Of a stretch of 64,000 nucleotides of DNA, positions 52,031-64,000 are shown in pieces. How positions within the stretch are numbered: the first letter of the stretch is position 1; every line of letters begins with the position of its first letter. This DNA comes from Octopus sinensis (lineage: Eukaryota). A model generated the notes under the pieces. The model ran no database searches, was not told the DNA's origin, and saw nothing but the letters and a program-made list of their open reading frames with translations. A program made the translations under genes and the position numbers. The stretch lies in assembly GCF_006345805.1 (NCBI RefSeq), contig NC_043011.1, forward strand, positions 25,742,464 to 25,806,463, written 5' to 3'.

Positions 52031-52261
52031 AGCCAGGATCAGTTAATGATGATTTTATTCAACATATTCCTCTCTCAGATTCTCACTCTTAATGCAGCGG
52101 TCCCTCAGTTTTCCTACGCTTTGTAAAAGTATTTGGAATATTGGGCCTCCAGCCGGACCTTTCGTGATAACCTTAAAGGTAGGAACTTTCCATCACAACC
52201 TCGTGTGTAGACACACACACACGCACAGACAGAGAGGTAGGCAGAGAGCCAGACAGGTAAG

Positions 52262-52331
<70 letters not shown>

Positions 52332-53414
52332 GATAGGTACTATAGAGCCCAACACACTGATTTGCCCAAGGGTCAATAATGTTGTTAAAACGGCCCTGCT
52401 AACAGCTTTTGTACTCAGATAATAGATCCAAATACATTAATAATCATTGACTTTCACCTGGTAATGTTATCAAATGTCAACGTGGCAGTCACAAAAATCT
52501 AGGGTTTTCAAGCAAAGAAATGACTAGCTAACGCTCATTGTGCAAATATAAGTAAACGAATTAGTAAAAATATGCAAGTCCTTTCGATAGTTCAACACCT
52601 GACATTTATTGTTGTTGTTATAAAAATTCTAGCGACAAGTTGATTTCTTCTTTGTCAGAAATTTGTTACTTCTGTATAGAAAGAATTTAAATATTGAAAA
52701 ATTAAATGAAATAAAGATAGGATAGATATATACATAAATCCATCCACCCATCCATCCATCCATCCATCCATCCATCCATCCATCCATCCATCCATCCATC
52801 CATCCATACATACATGCATACATAAATACATGCATACAAACGTACACTTCTATGTGTCACTGGAAAAAAATCTCCCTCAGATCAGTCTTTACTACAAATA
52901 GCAAGGATGGTATGCATGAATGATGGACCCACTTTGAGTATGAACCTATAAAACAAAAGAAAATGCGCGCTTTGCTCCCATGTTTATTTCTTCCGAGGTT
53001 ACCGTGGAATTTTTTCGTAGGCTTTTCTTTCCACGGATAACCTTAGTCAGTGTTATATTTTCTTTCCCTTTGAGGAATTTCAGTTGTTAAAACGACACTT
53101 TGTTATCTCCTTGTGTACATGTTCCAAAACGTTTTCGATCCCTATTGATCGGTTTTGAAAAGAAAAGTCCTACATTGTATTGTCTCCTCCGTGTTCGGCC
53201 CTGCGTCATTTAATAAAGAAGTCTATCTTAGAAAAAGGTAAAAAAAGAAGAAAAGAAAATGAATAACACATTCAATAATGTAGTCCAGATTGACTATGCC
53301 TGAAAGAATGGCCATGCTTATAATTCCTTAAACGAGTTTGCAGGATCAGTTTTGAACTAGTGCTGAACAATAATATACTCACGCACATACATATATAAAT
53401 ATACACACATATAG

Positions 53415-53770
53415 CAGGTGCTGGAGTGGTTGTATGGTAAGTAGCTTGCTTACCAACCACAGAGTTCCGAGTTCAGTCCCACTGCGTGGCACCTTGGGCA
53501 AGTGTCTTCTACTATAGCCTCGGGCTGACCAAATCCTCGTGAGTGGATTTGGTAGACGGAAACTGTCCGTCGTGTATATATATATATGTATATGTTCGTG
53601 TGCCTGTGTTTGACAGCCGGTGTTGGTTTGTTTACATCCCCATAGCTTACCGGCCCGGCAAAGGAGTCTAGCAGAATAAGTAATGGGGTCGGTTTGGTCG
53701 ACTAAACGCTTCGAGTCTCTGCTCCAGCATGGTTGCTGTTATCGTTTCGAATGACTGAAACTAACAAAAG
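53415..53770 (+). mobile_element. SINE family A
   Basis: Family similarity. Confidence 0.85.
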
Positions 53771-54199
53771 ATAATGGAAAGTACATGCAGACATATCTGC
53801 GTACCTACCTACCTACCTACCTACCTACCTACCTACCTACCTACCTACTACCTACCTACCTACCTACATATCTACCTACCTACCTACCTTCCTACCTACC
53901 TATCTACGTATAGATATAGTATGACATACAGCGGGAACACGCTTATGGTTGTCGTGGGAGATTATTGAATTTCCAACATTAATATCTCAAATACCAGCCT
54001 TGTTAAATAACGAATTATTTTTTCTGATCGCATTCACTGATGTATTTTTTTTTCAAGATCATAACAACATTTGTTTCAAATTTGAATTTGCCATGCAGGG
54101 AATCACAGCAAACAAGATGGATGAACTGCGACAATATTAACAGCATCGGTAAAGAAACAGAAGAAAGAAGACAACACTGATAAAGCTAAACAGAATTTT

Positions 54200-55860
54200 A
54201 TTTGTTGTAGTTATAGAAGAAATGGAAATTATGAAGTACATTTTCTTGGAATTTTGAACTAAGTAATGACTTGTGTAATTACTATAAATTGGCAAAAACG
54301 AAGAGATTCCTCTGTTGGTTATATGAATAGAATAAAATTGTACTGGGACGAACTTCACCCAGAGCTAAATTATTTCACGACAAAACAATTACGCCAGCAA
54401 ACGACAATTGTTGAACGCAGGAGAAGGATTGTTGATTGTAATTTTATTCCCAAAAGCAAGAACTGTGTACAAATAACAGTAAATGAACATATTCTTAAAA
54501 CGCACATGCCTACAGTAATTACGAAAGCACGTGCAGCAACACATCAAACTCTGACAGCCAATATGTCACCTCTAGCTGCCTGTGGCCATAGCAGTAGCCT
54601 CAATAATAAAGGTATTAAGAGCCGGGAGAATAAAGAATATAAACACTTGTAAAGTATTCTTAACAAAATGTTTCAAGTGAAGATTGATTCGTTTCTAAAA
54701 TTACAATTACAAAACAGACCATACCTAACTGGGATTGATAAGAGACTTAATAGATCTGATGTTGACAGTGATTAACGATATAGGCGGTGAATATTTACTA
54801 TAACGTAATGTTCCTTCCTTTTGGCAAATAAACGCCTATTTATATTCCCTTTTCACAACTGTTAAGCTGTATAGTGAAAATACTATAGGAGTAAACAAAT
54901 GCAAAACTATTGCGAAAATGCCTTCATAGATTTAGAAAACAGAAAAAGATCATTGATCTGCAGAAGACAATCAACTATGTGGCGACGTCTATCGGATGTA
55001 AACAAATGAGCAGCTACACATCTCACCAACAAAAACTGAAAAACAAAATAGATAACAATTTGGAGATAGCAAAAAAGAGAGCACTTGAAAAAACAAATTG
55101 ATCGCCCTACAATAGATGTTAAAAGCTGTCAGTGAGAAACTTCGTCATTTAAGAGGATAAATGAACGAAAAATGTTTAACAAGAAATTCCTTTAAAATGA
55201 ATCAGTAGTCTACAGAGAGATGATGCGCTGGGGAACAGCGAATAAAAAGTCCAGATGCTCCGTCTCAAGAAGATATGGATTTATTCTGGAGTAAATACTT
55301 TCATATGTTATACTAAAAGTATGCAGTGTTAGGAAAATGTAATAAAAACTAGAGAAGAGAGCACCAGAAAGAGGCTTGAAAGAGGTAAAAATAAATTGAC
55401 TTTTATCGAGTGTATCTTATCAAAATTTATCAGCATGTCTCACTAGAGGTATAATATACAGAGCTGTTAGCATTGGATGTTAAAAGTCGTAAACATTTAA
55501 TTACCATCAAAAATTTCCACATCACTAGCGACACTGAGTGCTTCTAACTAAAACCAAAACAAAGAGGCAAGGACTTAATATCGATTCAAACAGCATTAGA
55601 CTGTCATATGTTCCTTCGAAAGCATTTACTAACCTCAAAGTGTTGCAGTGCTTCCATGGCAGAAGAAGTCTGCAGATATGAGGTAAATAAAATCATATGT
55701 AGGAAAGAATTTTCTTGGAAAATATTTCCTAACTGATGACAAGAGACACTCACTTGAAGTTGCACAGCTCCAGCTGCCACAACAGAACATCTGACGAAAA
55801 GGTTTTTCTTTGTCAGTAGACATATTATGTATAGCTGTGGTGTCAGGAAACTTCTATAAT
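54200..55860 (+). mobile_element. Heavily decayed R4/Dong LINE (N-terminus and scattered RT-region pieces)
   Basis: YMNRIKLYWDELHPEL..FTTKQLRQQ; KPKQRGKDLISIQTA. Confidence 0.6.
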
Positions 55861-55974
55861 AACAGTAACATATATAACTAGAATAGTGTATCTTATGTTA
55901 GTTCTCAAATTGAAGAGAAGGCTTTTACAATTAAGCAACTGGAAACAATAGTCTGACGCACAAAGGGAACACTA

Positions 55975-56200
55975 CTTACTGCCTAAGCCCTTCGCTCCCT
56001 ATGGAGTATAAGTCATTGATGGCTTTTCTTCACTGTTCTCAACTCTGAACTGTCTTTTTTCTCTCAAGTCTTGTTGGCTTTGAATTGTCATCGACACTTC
56101 TGCAGCTTTACTGTGTTCTAGGTATGCGTGTTGGCCCTACGCAAACCTGTTTTTAGCTTTGAGAACAGGAGGTCCATATTAGCCTGGCCTCTATTTTTGA
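55975..56200 (-). mobile_element. RTE LINE 3' end
   Basis: Minus strand ends ...LYSIGSEGLR with a tagtag-like tail. Confidence 0.55.
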
Positions 56201-56681
56201 CTGTTCAGCATAGGAGACACAACCAGGAACTTGCGTTTTACTGGCATGGCTCTTGGGTTCGTTGAGGTACACAAGCCGCTGTACAGGAACAAGGACTGGA
56301 ACTTGTGGTGGACAAAAGGAACAGGGATTTAAGTAAACATCTATATGTGATAACCAAGGATCAACAGAGTTAACGCTGTATTGACAACTGCCCTAAAATC
56401 TCCTCACGACACTATCTACTTATGCAGCATGTTGTAAAGGTCCAGAACACAATACAAATCAACCCGTAGAAAGAATAGTTCTGGAGAGGAAAATATCAGA
56501 AGTTACAATGATGTACAGGACATACCCTTAATATATATAAATAGTGGTGGAATGATCATATCTAAACCTCTACAAAATATTGATTTCAAATTTTGTCACA
56601 AGGCCAGCAATTTCATCGACTCCAGTATTCAATGGTACTTAATATATCGACTTCGCTATACGTAATGTATCGACACATACA

Positions 56682-57088
56682 AGGCAGCGAGCTGGCAGAA
56701 ACGTTAGCACGCCAGGCGAAATGCTTAGCGGCATTTCGTCTGCCGCTACGTTCTGAGTTCAAATTCCGCCGAGGTCGACTTTGCCTTTCATCCTTTCGGG
56801 GTTGATTAAATAAGTACCAGTTACGCACTGGGGTCGACGTAATCGACTTAATCCGTTTGTCTGTCCTTGTTTGTCCCCTCTGTGTTTAGCCCCTTGTGGG
56901 TAGTAAAGAAATAGGTATTTCGTCTGCCGCTACGTTCTGAGTTCAAATTCTGCCGAGGTCGACTTTGCCTTTCATCTTTCATCTTTTCGGGGTCGATAAA
57001 TTAAGTACCAGTTGCATACTGGGGTCGATCTAATCGACTGGCCCCACTACCCCAAAATTTCGGGCCTTGTGCCTCGAGTAGAAAAGAA
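56682..57088 (+). mobile_element. SINE family B dimer (young)
   Basis: Near-consensus head ggcagcgagctggcagaaacgttagc; junction gtaaagaaataggtatttcgtctg. Confidence 0.9.
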
Positions 57089-57253
57089 TATATCGACACT
57101 TACACACGCATATACTGGCATAAGATGTTGAATATCGATCAATGAAACACGCAAACATACACACACAAATATACATATATGCGTATATATATACATACAT
57201 ATACAAATGTATATGTATATATATGTATGTATATGTGCTATTTTTATGCATGT

Positions 57254-57304
<51 letters not shown>

Positions 57305-57402
57305 TATGCATGTTTTATATATATATATATATATATAGCGGCTGTAGGGAGCTTCCCTCCCTTGTCAGTCATTAAGTTTAGTGTACATATATACATTCAT
57401 GC

Positions 57403-59158
57403 ATGCATACATACATACATACATACATACATACATACATACATAAGTACAAATTCACACACATCATTTTTAGTCGGCAGAAATTACAAATCTCTCAAGG
57501 ACCGAGAGTTTCGTGAGATGGCATTTATGAAGTACAATGCATTAAAGTCTCGGCCATTAAATCACTCTGTAACTTCTACCAATATAAAATGACATATTTT
57601 ACTGTTTTGAGTTCTATTTATCATGTTTTTACTACAGTACTTATATATAAAGACATACATACCAATTGTTAGAATTTGCTCTCTTTTGCGTCCCTATTTG
57701 GGTTTTGAGGTACTTAAACTTTATGCGGCCATCCCACGTCACCCTGGACAGGTCGCAGGCCCATCGCCAGTTCTCGCAGCGTTTGATGAAGACTGCAATA
57801 TATGTTTCAGACAGACTTCCCATCTATCTAAAGCTTGAAAGCTTCCCTTGTTACATGGCACAAAGGATGATGAACGCTCTTATTGCTTCTAAGCATACTA
57901 CAAATTTCGGTGGTCTTTTATATGCCAGTCACCAATTTGGTACTTTCTCTGAGTTACGAAGACTAGGGTTTTTTGGGGAAAGAATAGCTGGACAGGTTTT
58001 TTGGGTAAAACCGACTAGCAGAAGACACAGAGTTAGACTGTGAACAAGGTGGTTGGATAACATTCACGAGCTCGATTGGGCTCGCTTGGGGATCAACCCG
58101 GATCAATGAGGAATGGTTATTTCTGACAAGACCTGATGAAAGGCGTATTTGAGGACTCCATGATCTTCCGAGGAATAGGTGGGTGAAGAAGATGAGATAC
58201 ATATCTACATACATACTTGCATGCCTGTATGCATACATACATGCATACATACATACATACATACATACATACATAATACATACATACATAAGTACAAATT
58301 CACACACATATCATTTTTAGTCGGCAGAAATTACAAATCTCTCAAGGACCGAGAGTTTCGTGAGATGGCATTTATGAAGTACAATGCATTAAAGTCTCGG
58401 CCATTAAATCACTCTGTAACTTCTACCAATATAAAATGACATATTTTACTGTTTTGAGTTCTATTTATCATGTTTTTACTACAGTACTTATATATAAAGA
58501 CATACATACCAATTGTTAGAATTTGCTCTCTTTTGCGTCCCTATTTGGGTTTTGAGGTACTTAAACTTTATGCGGCCATCCCACGTCACCCTGGACAGGT
58601 CGCAGGCCATCGCCAGTTCTCGCAGCGTTTGATGAAGACTGCAATATATGTTTCAGACAGACTTCCCATCTATCTAAAGCTTGAAAGCTTCCCTTGTTAC
58701 ATGGCACAAAGGATGATGAACGCTCTTATTGCTTCTAAGCATACTACAAATTTCGGTGGTCTTTTATATGCCAGTCACCAATTTGGTACTTTCTCTGAGT
58801 TACGAAGACTAGGGTTTTTTGGGGAAAGAATAGCTGGACAGGTTTTTTGGGTAAAACCGACTAGCAGAAGACACAGAGTTAGACTGTGAACAAGGTGGTT
58901 GGATAACATTCACGAGCTCGATTGGGCTCGCTTGGGGATCAACCCGGATCAATTGAGGAATGGTTATTTCTGACAAGACCTGATGAAAGGCGTATTTGAG
59001 GACTCCATGATCTTCCGAGGAATAGGTGGGTGAAGAAGATGAGATACATATCTACATACATACTTGCATGCCTGTATGCATACATACATGCATACATACA
59101 TACATACATACATACATACATACATACATACATACATACATACATACATACATACATA
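57403..59158 (+). repeat. Direct tandem duplication, period ~845 bp, each unit containing an RTE 3' end and bounded by (CATA)n
   Basis: 57447-58290 vs 58292-59158; the only differences seen are 1-2 nt indels. RTE peptide ERIAGQVFWVKPT.R...TRWLDNIH. Confidence 0.95.
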
Positions 59159-59374
59159 GAAAGGAGGGCTGAAAATTTCCTGGCTTTGACGGTATCGCGA
59201 AAGGCTTGGTTGGAGGCCCAACCTTCCGAGTTCTTTACAGGTCTTAGAAAAACTGAAGGACTGCTGCAATAAGTGAGTTAATCTGAGAGAGGAATATGTC
59301 GAATAAAATCATAATTAACTGGTCCTCCCGTATTTTCTTTTGCCCAAACCTGGAACTTCTCTGCAACTCCTCGT
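59157..59374. mobile_element. Mariner-type MITE
   Basis: Imperfect TIRs gaaaggagggctgaaaatttcctgg and cctggaacttctctgcaactcctcg. Confidence 0.7.
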
Positions 59375-59765
59375 GTGTGAATACACACACAGACACAGAC
59401 ACACAGACACACACACACACACGCACGCACACACGCACACACACAAGCATACATGTGCATACACCTATACACATACAGTGACATATATTGTTTAGCTACA
59501 GAACTACATGAGAGGTGGAGGGTATAAAGTTCTGCGCATGACACCAACATTTGCCAAGGTCTGTAAGCGAAACGTTAGTTTCTTGAGTCGTATATTGCTT
59601 TACCGTTAATTGAGAAAGAAATATATACACCCTGTTTGCGCATTGATTTCTAGTTCTGTTTCTACCACCAAACCTACGAGTGTATATGTACGTACGAGTG
59701 TATTTGTGTGTGTGTGTGTGCGTGCGTGTGTGTGTGTGTGTGCGTGTGTGGTGTGTGTGTGTGTG

Positions 59766-59807
<42 letters not shown>

Positions 59808-60144
59808 TGTGTGTGTGTGTGCTTCAATGTGTGTTTGCATGTATAAGTACGAATATACAAACATACATTCACGCACAAAGCGTATGCATAATCAAATATA
59901 ATTAAAAATACAAGCAGTATATAAGATAGAAAAAAACATACATAAAAATATAAACACAAACAAACACACGCATGCGCGCACATACATACGCACACGCAAA
60001 CACATACACACACACACATGCACACATGTAGACGCACACAATAGGCACATACATATAAATACACATGACCCATGATACGCAGAACGACAAATCTAATAAG
60101 TTCAGATTCCGAGGTCTGGAATGTGAGATGTCAGAATTCACTGT

Positions 60145-60890
60145 GTGCATACATACATACATACATACATACATACATACATACATACATACATACGTAC
60201 GTACGTACATACGTACGTACATACATACATACATACATACATACATACGTACATACATACGTACGTACATACGTACGTACATACATACATACATACATAC
60301 ATACATACTACATACATACATACATACATACATACATACATACGTACGTACATACATACGTACGTACGTACATACGTACATACATACATACATACATACA
60401 TACGTACATACATACGTACGTACATACATGTATACATACATACATATAAATATATATGTATATATATATATATATATGTATATATAGATGTATGTATGTA
60501 TATATATCTTTATGTATATACGTATATATTCATATATGCATGTATATATGTGTGTGCGTAGAAACATAGGTGTAACATGCAAACATACATACGCACACAC
60601 ATATTTATGTATGTATGTATGTATATATGACTGTACGTATGTATGTATTTATGTATGCATGAATGTATGTATGCATGTATGTATATATGCATTTATGTAT
60701 GTATGTATGTATGTATGCATGCATGTATGTATGCATGTATGTATGTATGTATGTATGTATGTATGTATGTATGTATGTATGTATGTATGTATGTATGCAT
60801 GCATGTATGCATGTATGTATGTATGTATGCATGCATGCATGTATGCATGTATATATGTATGTATGTATGCATGTATGTATGTATATACAT
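60145..60890. repeat. (CATA/CGTA)n followed by the opposite-strand (TATG/CATG)n field
   Basis: Direct inspection. Confidence 0.95.
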
Positions 60891-61329
60891 GTGGCTTAAT
60901 GTACACACACAAACGTATAATAAACAACACTACAAACAAGCCCCTAAAGACTTATAATAAAAGCAAAAATAAGCACAAGAGAAAAAAAAAACAACATCCC
61001 CCCCCCAAAAAAATAACAAAAACAACAACAACAAAACAACTCAAAACCAGTGAGAAATTCTTGTGAAGAATCGAAACATTGGATTGGAAATAGGAAAAAT
61101 AATAGACGAGATGAAACAGTTTCCTAAAAAAAATATACGAGAGAAATAATTTTTTAGTGAAAGAAATTGTTGGAAGATGATGGTAGATTATTGTGACATT
61201 GGCATAGAAGTTTGTTCATTGTGTACAGTTGTAGTGGCTTATGTAATATTTTCTTTGTATATATGGTGTATTTGCGTGTGTGTTTTTACATAAATATATA
61301 CATGTATAAGTGTGTATGTATATATGGTT

Positions 61330-61376
<47 letters not shown>

Positions 61377-61404
61377 CGAGAAAGAAGCAACAAGAATGGA
61401 TAGG

Positions 61405-61497
61405 TTTTTAGTACAATCGTTTCATACAAGGACAGGCTTTATTAAATGTTGCAAAAATTACAGCATATAAACGTGTCCCGTACTCATCAGCTAAAAT
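61405..61497 (-). ncRNA. Type I hammerhead ribozyme, canonical core, long helix II
   Basis: Minus strand: ttttag CTGATGA gtacgggaca-[39 nt]-tgtccttgtat GAAA cgatt GTA|ctaaaa. Helix I ttttag/ctaaaa; predicted cut between 61412 and 61411. Confidence 0.8.
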
Positions 61498-62880
61498 ACA
61501 TGTGAGTTCTCTAGACATCCTAGTGGTTGAGGCTATACTCATGAAGTAATGTAGATAATTAAGTAACATAAACAGAATTTCCAAAGTTCATTAAAGTTCT
61601 TTAAAGATGATGTACAGTCTTATCACAGAATTTTAAAAAAGTTTTAATAGCATCACAGAGAAGGTGACCTAATCCATAGTGCACATATGAATTTCCAGAG
61701 ATATGAGGAGGGATTACATACTCACAGACGACAAATTTATCCATTGTTAATCACAACGAGGTGGGTCTCAATTCCTGCTTATTAGCATTACAGAGAGGGT
61801 GAATTAATCCTTTGTATAGATGCACAATTTCCAATGGTGTAGATGTAAATTTCCAGAGAAATGAAGAGGAATTTCATATTCACAGGCGATAAATTTATCA
61901 ATGGTTGAACACAATGAGGTAGGTATCAATTCTTGTTATATGATTAGGTATTTGCCACATTAATCACATTACTGCTATTTACAAGAGGCTGTAGCTATTT
62001 AACTTTTAAAGGCTGAAGGGCTTTCTAGAGATGCAAAGAACAGAAAAGGGAAGGGAAGCGAAGAAAAGAGAGAAAATAAAGGAGGAGGGAGCAAAAAGGG
62101 GGGGGAGGGGACTAAAAGAGAAGAGAAAAGGAAAAAGAGAATAAGAAGAAGAAAAAGAAAAAAGAGAAAAGAGAAAGAAATAGGGAAAGAAGGGAAAAAA
62201 AGAAAAAAGAAAAGAAAGAGGGTTCTAGTTATACAGAAGAATTAGTAGACGGCAAGTCTGGTTTTAATTTACAGGCATCTAGGAACTAGAGGAGAATATT
62301 ATTCTTTGACCAGTAAAACAGCTAATTTATTGCTGTTGAAATCAGCTATGAATTTAAAGAGAATCTAAAGAGATAACACGGTCAGGGGTTTAGGAGTCAG
62401 AGGCTAAAATCAAAAGAAAATACATTAGGAAAATCTAAGTATAATCTTATCAAAAAGTCATTAAAATTTATTTATTTCATTTATTCATTTTATTGTCTTA
62501 AGGAGTTGCCGTTATTATTCATACATTGACGGACTACAGGTCAAATCTTAGAAGATCATTTACAAGGTGTTAGGGAATTGTCTATCATAATGAAGATAAT
62601 CATATTATCACCGAGGGAGTAGCCTTATTTATTTAATTTTGAAATAGAATTATGGGGCTTTAGTAACTCATTTTATTTTATTAAAGTTATGCTACTTAAA
62701 TTAGATTAAGTTAAGAATTAAAATTAAAAATTACAATTAAGATTTAAAATTAAGATTTAAAATTATGAGTTTGAAATTAAATAAAGCCTCAATTAAGCAG
62801 CGTATAAGTACTATTCATTTCCCTTTTCTCAAAAAACTGATGCAGATATAAAGAAAAAGATAACTGTAGTGTGAGAACTC

Positions 62881-63006
62881 TTAAAGCAGTGCTATACTAG
62901 TAAAAATCAAGTTATATCTATCTATCTATCTAGTCACGAATATTTAAAGCAGTGCTATACTAGTAAAAATCAAGTTATATCTATCTATCTATCTAGTCAC
63001 GAATAT
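62881..63006. repeat. Perfect 63-bp tandem duplication
   Basis: 62881-62943 equals 62944-63006. Confidence 0.95.
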
Positions 63007-63482
63007 TCTAATCATTTAAAATATTTTAAAGTCTTCAATTTAGCGTGGACACAAACTTGACCTAGTTCGATATGGTTATTCAATAAGTTTCTATGTTTCT
63101 ATGCTTTAGAATTTCATACGTCTCCATGGAGCATAGTTGGCAACCAACCCTACTATTTTTATACGGAATTGCTCTCCTAACTATTTCCCAATTAAGGTTA
63201 TAATTATTATTATTATTTTTGAGTTCCCAGATTTTGTTTGAAAGTGTGGTGGTACCAGTTTTATGACGTAATTTAAAAGACGAGATGTGATTTCTAACTC
63301 TGGCTAGAAAATTAATTGTACATCTAATGTAAAAATATTTGTTATTCTCCGTGGATATGGTACATTTATAGATTACATTATTTTCCCCGCATAGACCAGG
63401 TGCCGGGCATTTTGATTTTATTCTACACTTACACATATATATATATACATGTGTGTATATGTGTGTGTGTATATATATATAT

Positions 63483-63720
63483 AACGGGAAGCTTTATGAA
63501 AATAGACAAAAGACGAAGGCAGGTGGGAAACAAACAAACAATTGTATTAGTATGGCGCTCAGGAAATATAAATAAAACAAGTCTTTAACGTTTCGAGCCT
63601 ACGCTCTTCAACAGAAAGATACACAGAGAGAAAAAAAACACAGAAAGAAGGAGAGAAAAAAAATGCGTGCAGTAACTAACGAATCAACATGGCGATCTGA
63701 TTCCGGCCAGAGGTCAAAGA
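63483..63720 (-). mobile_element. Penelope-like terminal cassette, family alpha
   Basis: Reverse complement of the 14440-14640 family; HHR motif; ends in (TA)n. Confidence 0.7.
63582..63619 (-). ncRNA. Minimal hammerhead-like motif, A6-to-U variant
   Basis: Minus strand: tcttt CTGTTGA a gagc gtag gctc GAAA c GTT|aaaga. Confidence 0.6.
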
Positions 63721-63744
63721 TCAAACATGAGACACACACACACA

Positions 63745-64000
63745 CACGAGATGGTATCAAAAGGTCCCCGGACTAGTTGTTTAATAAAAAAAAATACTTA
63801 TTTATCTAAGTTTTAACATCATCTCCTTCGAAACAGCCACCTTGCGCATCAATAAACCAGTACCAACGTTCCTGCCACTTTTGGAACCCGGCCTGGAAGT
63901 CGTCCGTAAGCGAGTCGAGGACTTTCAGCGATTCGCTCTGCATCTCGAAAACGGTGTTTAAAACGACCTTTGAGCTGCATTTTCAACTTGGGGAAGTGAT
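63745..64000 (-). mobile_element. Mariner transposon right end (transposase C-terminus, stop at 63806-63808), continues beyond the window
   Basis: FPKLKMQLKGRF...FQAGFQKWQERWYWFIDAQGGCFEGD*; TIR acgagatggtatcaaaaggtccccggact. Confidence 0.88.

Larger units (their letters stand above)
61376..63425 (-). mobile_element. Penelope-like retroelement 3' part: GIY-YIG endonuclease remnant (63080-63425), ~1.6 kb 3' region, terminal HHR
   Basis: ORF CKCRIKSKCP..GLC...VIYKC......YIRCT.NF..RV.NH..SF.....TTLSNKIWELK....W.I......CQLC..E is the CCHH/GIY-YIG layout of PLEs. That the 3' region belongs to the same element is inferred. Confidence 0.75.

Noticed and set aside
55734-55760. CTGATGA caag...cttg AAG (also ctgatgaaagg at 58133 and 58980)
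   Set aside because: No GAAA, helix III or helix I; lies inside LINE debris.

Overview
Eukaryotic, very AT- and microsatellite-rich DNA. The SINE/LINE repertoire looks like an octopus (coleoid cephalopod) genome; this is an inference from repeat style, not a database hit. One protein-coding gene is supported: a minus-strand UNC-93-family MFS membrane protein. It has two clean exons (38049-38162 and 21130-21394) separated by a ~16.7 kb intron, plus a probable terminal exon garbled by the 100-N gap at 19412-19511. Its 5' exons were not found. The rest is mostly transposon debris: four tRNA-head SINE groups, CR1/L2, RTE and R4/Dong LINE fragments, Tc1/mariner elements, Helitron derivatives, a probable solo LTR and three Penelope-like (GIY-YIG) fragments. 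The most interesting signal, not shown by the ORF track, is a set of type I hammerhead ribozyme (HHR) motifs in Penelope-like terminal cassettes. Two have canonical cores (61405-61497 and 45510-45544, both minus). Three share an unusual A6-to-U core change, one has U4-to-C, and two more are degenerate. The five short cassettes also share a conserved downstream GAGCG and end in (TA)n/(TATG)n. Also notable are two local inverted duplications, a 91-nt near-perfect hairpin, an 845-bp tandem duplication, and a young LINE just downstream of the putative UNC93 stop. There is no CRISPR, rRNA or true tRNA gene. Most ORF-track entries are microsatellite artefacts. Repeat boundaries are approximate unless TSDs/TIRs are cited.
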